Origin: Hypanus sabinus
Taxonomy: Eukaryota
Length of the DNA stretch: 64,000 nucleotides
NCBI RefSeq assembly: GCF_030144855.1
Contig: NC_082717.1
Location: 5,332,001-5,396,000 of the forward strand
Direction of reading: 5' to 3'
Positions 48,951 through 60,884 of the stretch are shown here, piece by piece (positions within the stretch are counted from its first letter, which is position 1; every line of letters starts with the position of its first letter). Made by a program: the position numbers and the translations under genes. A model generated the notes under the pieces. That model saw nothing but the letters and a program-made list of their open reading frames with translations, ran no database searches and was not told the DNA's origin.

Positions 48951-51900
48951 AATGAAAAAGTGCAAGGCAAACCCATCCCAGAGTACTGAGAGAGGTTGCT
49001 GAAGAGATAACTGATGCATCAGTCATGATTTTACAAAAAAAACACTAGTTTCTGGCATGATCTCAGAGGACTGGAAAACTGCAAATGCCACTCTGCTCTT
49101 TAAAAAGGGAGGAAGGCAAAAGAAAGGAAATTATAGACCAGTTAGCATAACCTTAGAGCTTTGGGAAACTGTTGGAGTCTGTTATTAAGGATGAGGTTTT
49201 GGGGTACTTAAATCAGAATCACATTTATTATCATCAGCATGTGACATGAAATGATAAAATATGATAAAGTTAACATGGTTTCTGTGAAAGGAAATCTTGC
49301 CTGACAAACCTGTTAGAGTTCTTCAAGGAAGTAACAAGTAGTGTGGACAAAGGAGAGGCAGTGGATGTCATTTACTTGGACTTGGAAGGCATTTGACAAG
49401 GTGCCATATATGAGGCTACTTAGCAAGATTAAATGCAATGGCGTCAGAGAAAAGATACTGGCATGGATAGAGGAATGGCTAACAGACAGGAGGCAGTGAG
49501 TGTGAATAAAAGGGGCTTTTTCTACTTGGCTGCCTGTGACTAGCAGTGTCCCCCAGGAGTCTTGATTTGAACTGCCATTTTTCACATTGTTTGTCAATGA
49601 TTTGGATAATGGAACTGATGACTTTGTGGCAAAGTTTGTGAAGGAATCAAAGATAGGTGGAGGGGCAGGTAGTGCTGAGGAAACAATGTGATTGCAGCAA
49701 GACTGGGTAGAAAATGGGTAAAAAAAGAATGGGTAAAAAAAAAGTGGAGGACAAAATACAGTTTTGGGAGATGAATGATAATGCATTTTGGTAAAAGGAA
49801 CAATAGTGCAGGCTACTATCTAAATGAGGAGAATATTCAACAGAGGTCAAATGGGACTTAGAAGTTCTCATGCAAGTCTTCCAGAAGGTGAGTTTGTGGT
49901 AAAGAAGGCAAATATAATGTTGGCATTTATTTCAAGGAGAGTAGAATATAAAGGCAAGGAGATAATGCTGAGCCTTTATAAGACACTAGGCAGCCAGCAC
50001 TTGGAGTATTGTCAACAGTTTTGGGCCCTACATCTCAGAAAGAATATGTTGGCTTTAGGCCTGTACTCACTGGAATTCAGAAGGATGCGTGGAAACCTAA
50101 TTGAAACCAACTAAATTTTGCAAGGACTAGGTAATGTGGATGTGGAGAAGATGTTTCCTATGGTGACGTTATCCAGAGTTAGAGGGGAAAACCTCAGGAT
50201 TGAGGGATGAATTTTCACAACAGAAGTGAGGAGAGATTTTTTCACCATTGAGTGGTGAATCTGTGGAATGCTCTGCCACAGGTTGCTATGCAGCCAGGTC
50301 TGTGGGTGTATTTAATGCAAAAGTTTATTGTTTCCTGATCGGTCAGGGCATCAAAGGATATGGCGGGAAGGTAACTGTATGATGTTAAATGGGATCCGGG
50401 AGCAACTATGATGGAATGTCGGAGCAGAATCCATTGTCTGAATCTCTATTTCTGCTTCTGTATCATATTGTCTTATGGTCTTCTACCAAAGTGCATGAAC
50501 TTACACTTCCTGACACCGTATTCAATTTGTCATTTCTTTGCTCATTCTCCTAATCTGCCTAAATCCTTCTGTAACCTCTTTACTTCCTTAAATCTACCTG
50601 CCCCTCCACCTATCTTCATATTTTCATCTTTTCTGTGAATATTGCAACAAAGCCCTCTCAAAGCACTCTTTGTGTTCAGCTAATCATCCACTGCTCTCTC
50701 CATGCTAGAACCTTTCATGTAACACCATGTGATCATAGCTTGTTAAGCAGCCTCATATGTGGCACCTTGTCAAAGGCCTTTACTAATCAATACTATTGAC
50801 TTACTATTGATCATTACTAATGACTTCAGAATCTATTCAGCTGCCTCTTTCAGAACCCTTGGGTGTACTGAGATTTTACTGCTTGGCTGCCAGTGAGTAG
50901 TGATGTTCAATAGGAGTCGGTGTTGGGACCACTTTTTTTTATGCTGTATATCAATGATTTAGATGATAGAGTAGATGGCCTTGTTGCCGATGATGTGGCC
51001 TGTAAGACTAACGCACCTTCAGGGTGCCGGGTTTTCGTAGGTCCGGAGGCAGGCAGATTCTAGGTCAATGCAACATATTGTGTCAAGAAACCTTCTTGAA
51101 CACATCTAACTAACTCTACCCCATTTAAACCCCTTGCTGTAGGGAGATGCCAATCAATATTTGGGAAATTAAAATCTCCCACCACAGCAACTCTATTATT
51201 ATTACATCTTTCCAGAATCTGTCTCCCTATCAGCTCCTCGATGTCCCTGTTACTATTGGGTGGTCTATAAAGAACACCCAGAAGAGTTATTGACCCCTTC
51301 CTATTCTTAACTTCCACCCACAGAGACTCTGTAGACAATCCCTCCATGACTTCCTCCAGCTGTGACACTATCTCTGATCAGCAGAGCCACGCCCCCCACC
51401 TCTTTTGCCTTCCTCCCTGTAACCTTTCTGAAAACTGAATCCCTGACCCCTGCTCCAATCGCTCAGCAACACATTTATCCTCCACTCCATTCTATTCCTA
51501 TACACACTGTCACGTGCCACAGGCAGTAACCCTGAGATTACTACCTTTGTCTTCCTGCTTCTGAACTTCCTTCCAAACTCCCTGTAGTCTGTTTTCAGGG
51601 TGTCCTCCATTTTTCTACCTATGTCGTTGGTATCAATATGTACTACAACCTCTGGCAGTTCATCTTCTCACTTCAGGGTGTTGTAGATAGGATCAGAAAT
51701 ATCCCGGACCCTGGCACATGGGAGGCAAACTACCATCTGTGTTTCTTTCCTAAGTCCACAGAATCACTCCATAACTATAGAGTCCTCTATTACAGCTGAC
51801 ATCTTCCTTTCCCTACCCTTCTAAGCCACAGGGCCAGACTCTGCGCCAGAGGTGCAGCCACTGTTGCTTCCCCCAGGTTGATCATCTCCCCCAACAGTAC

Positions 51901-52250
51901 TATAAGAGGAGTACTTATTGTTAAGGTGGATAGCCATTGGGGTACTCTTTTGCCCTTCCCTCTCCTGATTGTTACCCTCTTATCTGTCTCCCGAGGCCCC
52001 GGTGTGACTACTTGCCTATAGCTCCTCTCTATTAGCTCCTCACTTTCCCTGACCAGTGAAGATCATCGAGCTGCATCTCCACTTCCTTAACCGAGTCCCT
52101 AAGGAGCTACATCCAGCTGCACCTGGCACAGATGTGGTCATCCGGGAGACTGGGGGTCTCCCAGACATCCCACATCTGACACCCAATACAGAACATTGGC
52201 CTCACAGCCATACTTCCTGTCTCTATTCTTCACAAGTAACTCAACCTCGC
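48950..52250. mobile_element. CR1 copies: + strand RT-3' end (48950-50460) and - strand ORF1/EN with internal deletion (51060-52250)
   Basis: aaaggaaattatagaccagttagc (KGNYRPVS); 51060..51368 ESLWVEVKNRKGSITLLGVLYRPPNS...VGDFNFPNIDW. Confidence 0.85.
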
Positions 52251-52269
52251 CTCAACCCATTATCACCTA

Positions 52270-52668
52270 AGCTCTTATGCAACTAAACAACTTAGCTTTA
52301 TAGTTTTTTAAGTTGACAAAAGGGTTATTAGAATAAAACAAAAAGAAAAGGGCCCATTTTAATGTAACAGTCTAATGTGTATGTTGGAGCTCACGATTTC
52401 CCTTCTGCTGGTCTTCCATTGATTTCCCTGGGCTTCGTCGACTGCCAGCCCCACTCAAGTCCACTCCTTTCTGGTGTCTATGACATCTTCTCTCTTCATC
52501 TTCCGCTGAACAAAAGACCCAGATCACCTTTGTCGCAGGCAAACAAAAAAACCTCCTTTCATTGGATGGCGCACATTCCAAATCCCGCGTTAGCTCTAGC
52601 CATAACCCGAGCATTGCTGCTTGAGAAACACCATTACATTAGCAATGAAACCTTTCTCAAAGTGTTAC
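52270..52668. mobile_element. Probable LTR fragment
   Basis: Ends ...aaagtgttaca (rc begins TGTAACA); other end not located. Confidence 0.4.
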
Positions 52669-52967
52669 ACATGCTTCTAATCTATTTTCATATTTGTACT
52701 TTATCCCATTGTCTATATTGTCTGCAGGAAAAGTCCTCTTTAAATGAGTTATTATTATTATTGGTCATCTTGATGTTTCTTTCCTTCCCTACAATAGCAG
52801 CTCAGTAAGTCCATCCTTCAGCACGGTGCTCTCCTCCCTTACTGACTGTAAATGAGGCGTCTAAGGGAGAACTATCAGCCTCCAATGTTCACATATTAAA
52901 CCTGTCATTCAAAGGACAATTCACATTACCGGTGTTAAACTGTACATCAATCTTTGCTATTTTTCAG

Positions 52968-53112
52968 AAGCAGCTGAAGGTGGGTCTTGGAAAGTCTTGG
53001 CCAGTATTCTCACCAGTATCCTCGTACTCGTCCTCTTATTCTGCATTTTAGTTACAGCAAGATGCTATGTGAAAAAATTGGCATCTTTTCAACAGAGATT
53101 GATGCCAGAAGG
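52968..53112 (+). CDS. Exon 4: transmembrane exon (K)AAEGGSWKVLASILTSILVLVLLFCILVTARCYVKKLASFQQRLMPE(G)
   Basis: Acceptor tctttgctatttttcag|AA, donor GAA GG|gtaaat; 145 nt, phase 1 to 2; 22-aa uncharged hydrophobic helix followed by RCYVKK stop-transfer. Not in the ORF track. Confidence 0.88.
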
Positions 53113-54210
53113 GTAAATAACATTTGATTTTGCATCTTGTTTCAACAATATTGAATTAAACCTTCGAAGGAAAAGGAGATTAATCTGAATGAAAAAGTCA
53201 TAGAACACAGAAGTTCCACTAGGATGTTGTCTGGGATGAATCAGTTCAGTAATGAGGAGAGACAGGAGAAGCTGAGTCTGGTCTCCCTTGGCCAGGAGCT
53301 CAAGGGGGGTGATTGAGGTGTACAAAGTTATGAAGGGAATAGATAGGGTATAGTTTGCAGAAAACTCATCCCCATATCAGGGTTGATAAAATTTGAGAAA
53401 ATGTAATTAAGGTGAGGGGGAAGAGACTCAGAGGGGATATGCCAGGGCCTCTTCAACGAGAGAGCAGGAGTACCAGAACACATTGTCCGAGTGAGGCTGA
53501 AACTGGGTCACTGGCAGCACTCAGAATGGACACTTAGGCGGAGAGGGCGATGGACAAGGTGCCAGGTGATGGGATTACTATGGAAGGGTCAATATTGGTC
53601 GCATGCAGTGCAAACACATAAAATTTCTGTAATTTCAAAATGAAAAGTGTGAAACAATGCATAACAAAACAGTGTCAAGAGACCATTCAGGAATCTGATG
53701 GCAGACTTTAGAAACCATTTCTGAATCCCTAACCTTAACAAGTTTAAACAGGAAACACCAGGAAACAGTATTACAAAGAGCAGATCTTTCAGGTAAAACA
53801 CAAGGAACTCGAAGTGTTTAACAGGTTTCATTAAACAACAGTTAGCTAATTCAGGTGCTTGAGAAACCTCAGCATCCAACATTCTCCAGTGCCCCACACA
53901 GGCCCAAAGGCACACTCTGAAGACACACTCTCAACATTTCAGGATCACCTTCACCTCTGCCATCAGACTTCTGAATGGACAATGAACCCATGAATTGCAC
54001 CTCACTTTTTTTTTTGCTCTCTTCTTGTACGTCTTAGTTAATTTGAAATGATATGTATACGTCTTATTGTATGTTGTATATGTAAACTTATTGTAAATTA
54101 TAGTTTATGATTATTATGCATTGTAATGTACTGCCGCCACAAGACAACAAATTTCATGACACATGCCAGTGACATTACACCTGATTCTGATTCTCCCTGA
54201 CGGTGGTAAC

Positions 54211-55014
54211 AAGCCGGGGGATGTCTGGATGGTGAGGGTCCTGAATGATGGATTTCACAAACCGGGGGATGTCTGGATGGTGAGGGTCCTGAATGATGGA
54301 TTTCACAAGCTGGAGGATGCCTGGATGGTGAGGGTCCTGAATGATGGATTTCACAAGCCGGGGGATGTCTGGATGATGAGGGTCCTGAATGATGGATTTC
54401 ACAAACCGGGGGATGTCTGGATGGTGAGGGTCCTGAATGATGGATTTCACAAGGGGGATGTCTGGATGGTGAGGGTCCTGAATGATGGATTTCACAAGCC
54501 GGGGGATGTCTGGATGGTGAGGGTCCTGAATGATGGATTTCACAAGCCGGGGGATGTCTGGATGGTGAGGGTCCTGAATGATGGATTTCACAAACCGGGG
54601 GATGTCTGGATGGTGAGGGTCCTGAATGATGGATTTCACAAGCCGGGGGATGTCTGGATGGTGAGGGTCCTGAATGATGGATTTCACAAGCCGGGGGATG
54701 TCTGGATGGTGAGGGTCCTGAATGATGGATTTCACAAGCCAGGGGATGTCTGGATGGTGAGGGTCCTGAATGATGGATTTCACAAGCCGGGGGATGTCTG
54801 GATGGTGAGGGTCCTGAATGATGGATTTCACAAGCCGGGGGATGTCTGGATGGTGAGGGTCCTGAATGATGGATTTCACAAGGGGGATGTCTGGATGGTG
54901 GGGGTCCTGAATAATGGATTTCACAAGCCGAGGGATGTCTGGAAGGTGAGGGTCCTGAATAATGGATTTCACAAGCTGGGGGATGTCTGGAAGGTGAGGG
55001 TCCTGAATGATGAT
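54211..55014. repeat. 48-bp minisatellite, about 17 units, inside a Rex1/L2-like LINE 3' end
   Basis: Unit aagccgggggatgtctggatggtgagggtcctgaatgatggatttcac; 14 full units, two 45-nt units (6th and 15th) and one partial. Confidence 0.97.
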
Positions 55015-55314
55015 GCCACCTTCTTGAGGCCCTGCCTCTTTAATAGTCCTCGATGATGGGGACGGTTCTGTTCCCCAGCTGGCTGAGTCTACAACCCTCT
55101 TGCAATGTGTGTGTTGGAGCCTCTCTATCAGTCTGTTGTACAACGAGTCACAATGCTCTCCACCATCCATCTGTAGAAATTTGCAAGAGCTTTTGGTGAC
55201 ATACCAAATCTCCTCAGACTCCTATTTTCTCTGAACTGCTGGCATGTCCTCTTCATGACTGAATCAATGTGTTGCACCACAGATAGATCTTTTATTTATT
55301 TACTAATTGTGATA

Positions 55315-55570
55315 GAGTATGGAGTTGGCCCTTCTGGCCCTTTGGGCTATGCCACCATGTTATTCCACAATTTAACCCTAGCCTAGTCATGGAATAATTT
55401 ACAAGGATCAGTTAACGTCTTTGGACTATGTGAGGAATCGGGAGCATCCGGAGGAAGCCCACGCCATCACGGTGTTGAATGTGTGAACTCCGTACAGTCA
55501 GCAGTGGGAATTGAACCTGGGTCACTGATACTGTAAAGCGTTGTGCTAACCACTACACTACCATGCTGCC
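55315..55570 (-). mobile_element. tRNA-derived V-SINE (HE1-like)
   Basis: Reverse complement: ggcagcatggtagtgtagtggttagc (A box), ggttcaattccc (B box), gcgtgggcttcctccggatgctcc...gtccaaagacg (V-domain-like), CR1-like tail. Confidence 0.75.
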
Positions 55571-55928
55571 ACCTTCTGAGATGCTGACACCGAGGAACGT
55601 AAAGCTGCTCACTCTTTCCACTGCTGATCCCTTCATCACTTCCTTTGAAAGCTCTTGTGTAAAGCCCCGACCTCTGTCACCCAGAAGGACATCGAGCACA
55701 TGGAATACCAGCAGAGGGCCAACGCAACCCTCACTTGGAGATACAATGTCATTCCTTCATTGTCGATGACTTTGAACCCCAGATCACCTCACATGAAATA
55801 AATTGTTCACTGGACAGACTGTAGCAATTGAAGGTGACAGTGAACTCCCTTCACAAGGTCTCTAAGAATGAATATTTAATATAGGCATGTCTGATTTAAG
55901 GACGTTTTTGTTAATTTTGTTTATTTAG

Positions 55929-55955
55929 CTACAAGGTGAAAAGGAGTAAAAGTCA
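55929..55955 (+). CDS. Candidate optional cytoplasmic exon (G)YKVKRSKS(Q)
   Basis: Strong T-rich acceptor ...ttatttag|C; only the phase-2 frame (matching the TM exon) is open; donor CA|gtgtgt keeps phase 2 into 60316. Donor choice uncertain. Confidence 0.35.
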
Positions 55956-56629
55956 GTGTGTCCCAGTGAGGATCACCACTCCCTAAAGCCAGTCAGTCAG
56001 GCTGTTTCGCTCCTTTTCTCCAATATCTCCACGTGTGTCTCAGTCCCATCATTATCAATGCTGCTTTACCTTTGCCATCTTCTGCTGAACAGAAACTGCT
56101 GGAATTAGCACTTGACTCAAATTTGGCAGTGTGGAAGATAAGGAATGTTGATCAGCAGGCTGTCTGGGCAGTGCCATGGTAGATGGAATTGAATGCTTCA
56201 TTTTGGATCATCAGGAGAAGGATGGGGCATATGCAATGAATGTCCGGATGCTAACAAGTATTGAGGAATGCAGGGACATTGATGTAAAAAGTGCAGAGAA
56301 GATTCACTAGGATATTACCAGTGATGGAGCGCTTCAGTTGTAGGCTAAGAATGGAGAGTCTAGATTTGTTTTCCCTTGAGCAGAGAAGGTTGAGGAGTAA
56401 CCTAAGAGACAGACAATGATTTGTGTGACAGAAAGAAGGGACACAAAATGCTAGAGGAACTCAGCAGGTTAGGCAGCGTCTATGGAGAGGAATAAGCAGT
56501 CAATGTTTCCAGCTGAGACAGTTAAGAGGGGTATAAAATCAACTTTTCCACCCAGAGAGTAGCTGGCAATTGGAATGCTCTGCCTGAGAGAGTGGTGGAG
56601 TAAGTGTCTCTCACAACATTTTATTTATT

Positions 56630-56900
56630 TATTGAGATACGGAACAGAATAGGCCCTTCCAGCCCTTCGAGCTGTGCTGCCCAGCAAACCCCTGATTTAA
56701 GTTTTATCCTAATCATGGGATGATCACCAATTAACCTCCCAACCACTATGTCTTTGGACTGTGGAAGGAAACAGGAACACCTGTTTAACATTCACACAGA
56801 CATGGGGAGAATGTACAAAATCCTTCCAGGCAACAGCAGGAATTGAACTCAGCTTACTGGTACTGTAACGCATTGTGTTCACTATTACACTGCCATTGAG
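56630..56900 (-). mobile_element. Second V-SINE (HE1-like), degenerate
   Basis: ggaattgaactc (rc B box), tatgtctttggactgtgg (rc V domain) and the same tail type as 55315. Confidence 0.65.
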
Positions 56901-57539
56901 AAGTATCTCACTAAGTGTTTGAATTACTGAGACCATCAACAAAGGGCTGGGAATGGAATTGATGAAGAGATGGGTTAGAATGTATAGGGTGGGCTGAAGG
57001 ACCTGTTTCTGTACAGTATGACTCTATCCAATATACCCATATAAACATCAGCCTTTGTGCTGACCAGGTACCTGAGCTGAACTGCTGATGCCTCGTCCCT
57101 ACTATCAGAATGTCCTTCTTCCTCTCTCCCCACCTTTTTATTCTGGCATCTTCCCCATTCCATTCCAGTCCTGATGAAGGGTGTCATCTTGAAATGTCTT
57201 CAGTATATTCCACTCCATAGATACTTCCTGACCTTCTGCATTTTGTGTGGATTATCTTGGATTTCAAGCACCTGCAGAATCTCCCCTTTTTTTGAAATCA
57301 TCTAGCCCATCCCTATCTAAATCCTGGCAACCCTGCTGTGTCGTGTATTGAGGGTGAGATTAATCCAATTCCATCAGGAGTACTAAAACCGACATGAATC
57401 AGACAACTGCTGCATTCACAAAACTTTATTATACCAGAAAAAATAATCTGACTAACTGCTCGTATAGTTGTCAAATTGTTTTTCAGACATTAACCTTTAT
57501 CAGTTAACATTATCCTTTACACAAGAAAGGGAGTAGAGA

Positions 57540-60270
57540 TAGCCCAGGAAATTATAGACCAGAGAGTCTTACTTCAGTGGTTGGTAAGTTGATGCAGAAG
57601 ATCCTTAGAGGCAGGATTCATGAACATTCAGATAGGTATAATATGATTAGGAATAGTCAGCATGGCTTTGTCAAGGACATGAGAACGTTTACAAGGATGT
57701 TTCCGGGACTTGAGAAACTCAGTTACAGAGAAAGGTTGAATAGGTTAGGACTTTATTCCCTGGAGCGTAGAAGAATGAGGGGATATTTGATAAAGTATAT
57801 AAAATTATAATGGGTATAGAGAGAGTGAATGCAAACAGGCTTTTTACACAGAGACTAGGGGATAAAAAACAGAGGACATGGGTTCAGGGTGAAGGGGGAA
57901 AAGTTTAAAGGGAATATTGGGGGCACTTCTTCACACAGAGAGTGGTGGGAGTGTGGAATGAGCTGCCAGATGAAGTAGTAAGTGTGGGCTCACTTTTAAC
58001 ATCTAAGAAAAACTTGGACAGGTATATGGATGAGAGGTGTATGGAGGGATATGGTCCAGGTGCAGGTCAGCGGGACTAGGTGGAAAAATGTTTCAGCACA
58101 GCTAAAAAGGGCCAAAAGACCTGTTTCTGTGCTGTAATGTTCTATGGTTCTATGGCAGGTTGTGCTTCATGAGCCTGATTGAATTTTTTGAGGATGTGAC
58201 TAAACACATTGATCAAGGAAGAGCAGTAGATGAAGTGTATATGGATTTCAGCAAGGCATTTGATTAGGTACCCAATGCAAGGCTTATTGACAGACAGACA
58301 GACATACTTTATTGATCCCGAGGGAAATTAGGTTTCGTTACAACCGCACCAACAAAGAATAGTGTAGAAATATAGCAATATAAAACCATAAATAATTAAA
58401 TAATAACAAGTTGAGGAAGTAAGGTGGCATGGGATCCAAGGGCACATTGCTTTGTGGATCCTGAACTGGCTTGCCCACAGAAGGCAAAGAGTGATTGTGG
58501 ACGGGTCATATTCTGCATGCAGGTCGGTGACCAGTCGTGTGCCTCAGTGATCTGTTGTGGGACCCTTACTACTTATGATTTTTACAAATGACCTGGATGA
58601 GGAAGTGCGAGATGGGTTAGTAAGTTTGCCGAATGCACAAAGGTTGGAGAAGTTGTGGATAGTGTGGAGGGCTGTCAGAGGTTACAGTGGGACATTGATA
58701 GGATGCAAAACTGGGCTGAGAAGTGACAGATGGAGTTCAACCCAGATAAGTGTAAAGTGGTTTATTTTGCTAGGTCAAATATGATGGCAGAATATAGTAT
58801 TAATGGTAAGACTCTTGGCAGTGTGGAGGATCAGAGAGATCTTGGGGTCCAAGTCCATAGGACGCTCAAAGCAGCTGCACAGCTTGACTCAATGGTTAAA
58901 AAGGTGTATGGTGTATTGGGTTTCATTAATTGTGGAATTGAATTTAGGAGGTGAAAGGTAATGTTGCAGCTATATGGGACCCTGGTCAGACCCCACTTGG
59001 AGTACTGTGCTCAGTTCTGGTCGCCTCACTACAGGAAGGATGTGGAAGCCATAGAAAGGGTGCAGATGAGATTTATAAGGATATTGCCTGGATTGGGTAG
59101 CATGCCGTATGAAAGAAGATTGAGTGAACTCGGCGTTTTCTCCTTGGAGCAACGAAGGATGAGAGGTGACCTGATTGAGGTGTATAATATGATGAGAGGC
59201 ATTGATCATGTGGTGTTATGAATTCCCGTAACTGGATCACTTACCAGCAAAGATAGGGAGGTCCATTGAAGTCTGATGGTACTATTTTTAAAAGTATTTA
59301 TTGATAAAGGGGCACAAAAATAAGATTAATGCAAACATACAGATAATATACGTCGTCAATACTAAATCTAAAGCACAGGTATGATCATAACCAATAAAGC
59401 GTAACTCTATCATTGTCTAGGGGATAATGTATTGTCCGATGGAAATATAAAAGTCATAGCTCGTTCAGGCTGCAGCGTTTTGGGTTTAAGAGAGGGAGGA
59501 GTTTAAACTTGCCCAAGTCTTTTATGATGCTAATCCATTGAGTCAGGGGAGCGGGTTTCCCCTTTGTTAGCTAAAAAGCTGTTTTCCGTGGTTTCAGCCA
59601 CCAATTCCAGCCACGGAATTGAACGCACGTGGCTTGGTTTCCGATGACCATCTGCTGTTACATGGTCGCTTAACGTTTCTTCTGGTGCGTCTGAGGGGTT
59701 GTTCCTACAGCCCCTCTTTTATTCTGACTCGCAGGGTTGTAGATGTCAATCAGGTTGGGGGTGATGCAATCTCTTTGCCCGAGGGCATCCACGTAGCAGA
59801 GCATCTCAATCCACAAATCTGTCTCCAAGAGACAATGGCCATGTCCCGTAGCTTTACATCGCCGGAGAAACAAGCCAGCCTGCACGTTTCTTTTCCCAAC
59901 CCAACAAGTGATCTTGCGATTCTCACAAAGGAGGGGGCTATGGACGTAACAGTGGATAGTCAGAGTTTTTTCCCAGGGCTGAAATGGTTGCCACAAGAGG
60001 ACACAGGTTTAAGGTACTGGGGAGAAGGTACAGAGGAGATGCCAGGGGTCAGTTTTTAGAGTGGTGAGTACGTGGAATGGGCTGCTGGCAACAGTTGTGG
60101 AGGCGGATATGATAGGGTCTTTTAAGAGACTTTTGGATAGGTAGATGGAGCTTAGAAAAATAGAGGCCTATGGTTAAGTCTAGTAATTTCTAAGGTAGGG
60201 ACATGTTCGGTACAACTTTGTGGACTAAAGGTCCTGTATTGTGCTGTAGGTTTTCTATGTTTCTATGCTT
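57540..60270 (+). mobile_element. CR1 RT-3' end, with a nested CR1 3' fragment (about 57676-58155) and a solo LTR
   Basis: VVGKLMQKILRGRI...SQHGFVK; LYGTLVRPHLEYCAQFWSPHYRKDV; tail ttctatgtttctatg. Confidence 0.88.
59214..59951. mobile_element. Solo LTR (738 bp) with 4-bp TSD GTGG
   Basis: TGTTATG...CGTAACA termini; GTGG at 59210-59213 and 59952-59955; removal restores CR1 gatcatgtggatagtcagag. Confidence 0.9.
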
Positions 60271-60315
60271 TATCATATAACTAATTCACTAACGTTATCT
60301 TCACCATTTCCCCAG

Positions 60316-60359
60316 GTGCTCTACTGAAGATCAGAACACAGTGTATGCCAATGTTACAG
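60316..60359 (+). CDS. Exon 5: cytoplasmic exon (G)CSTEDQNTVYANVT with tyrosine motif
   Basis: Acceptor ttcaccatttccccag|G, donor ACA G|gtaaaa; 44 nt; phase-2 entry matches the TM exon; acidic residues precede TVYANV. Confidence 0.75.
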
Positions 60360-60516
60360 GTAAAAAGTTCATTTGAGTGCTCATATCGGGAATTACTTCA
60401 CATGATAGTTATGTTCAACAATGATTCCCATTGCAGGACAAGGGAGTCATCAATCGTTTCATCATCCTCAACAGCAACTCCAGTCCTGCTTTTTCATTTC
60501 TCTTTAATATATGCAG

Positions 60517-60524
60517 ACAAATAA
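60517..60524 (+). CDS. Candidate terminal exon: D-K-stop, stop overlapping AATAAA
   Basis: Acceptor tttttcatttctctttaatatatgcag|AC; G+AC AAA TAA; AATAAA at 60520-60525. Confidence 0.4.
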
Positions 60525-60840
60525 ACATTCCTCATCCTCTGAGGTAGAGAAGGATAAAGATTCACAAGCCACATTAAAGAAAATTCATCGCAACTTTGTC
60601 CTAAATAACGGACACCCGTACACACAGACCATACCGAGCAGTAGATATGGAGTGAAAATCTCTACACTATTAAGTCTCAATTCCAATCATATCCTGTATC
60701 CAAACAATCCAAATGTAAGCACTCAAATCTGTTTCAAACTAGAGGACAGTCTGCTACAGTGCACTGTGCATTCTGCCTACAGACACAGGCTGGTATACCA
60801 TCAGTTGTTAGTTCTCAAACAAATTCTCATTTTATTTCAG

Positions 60841-60884
60841 CTGAAACTGAGGTAGATACACAGGCAGCCACAAATGTTACTGTG
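60841..60884 (+). CDS. Candidate alternative cytoplasmic exon (A)ETEVDTQAATNVTV
   Basis: Acceptor ctcattttatttcag|CT, perfect donor GTG|gtaagt; only the phase-1 frame (matching exon 5) is open. Confidence 0.5.

Noticed and set aside
52651-52808. Hydrophobic peptide LLLLLVILMFLSF in ORF 52377..52808 as a second TM or leader
   Set aside because: Produced by a T-rich (tta)n/polypyrimidine intron tract; does not join the gene in frame.
43111-52967. A C1/C2 constant-domain exon between V2 and TM
   Set aside because: No open segment of about 300 nt with constant-domain Cys/Trp motifs found in the non-repeat islands; searched by eye only, so a profile search is still needed.
54163-55170. 297-aa and 331-aa repeat proteins, or a CRISPR-like array
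   Set aside because: Head-to-tail units with no unique spacers; LINE-derived; no splice or promoter support; eukaryotic context.
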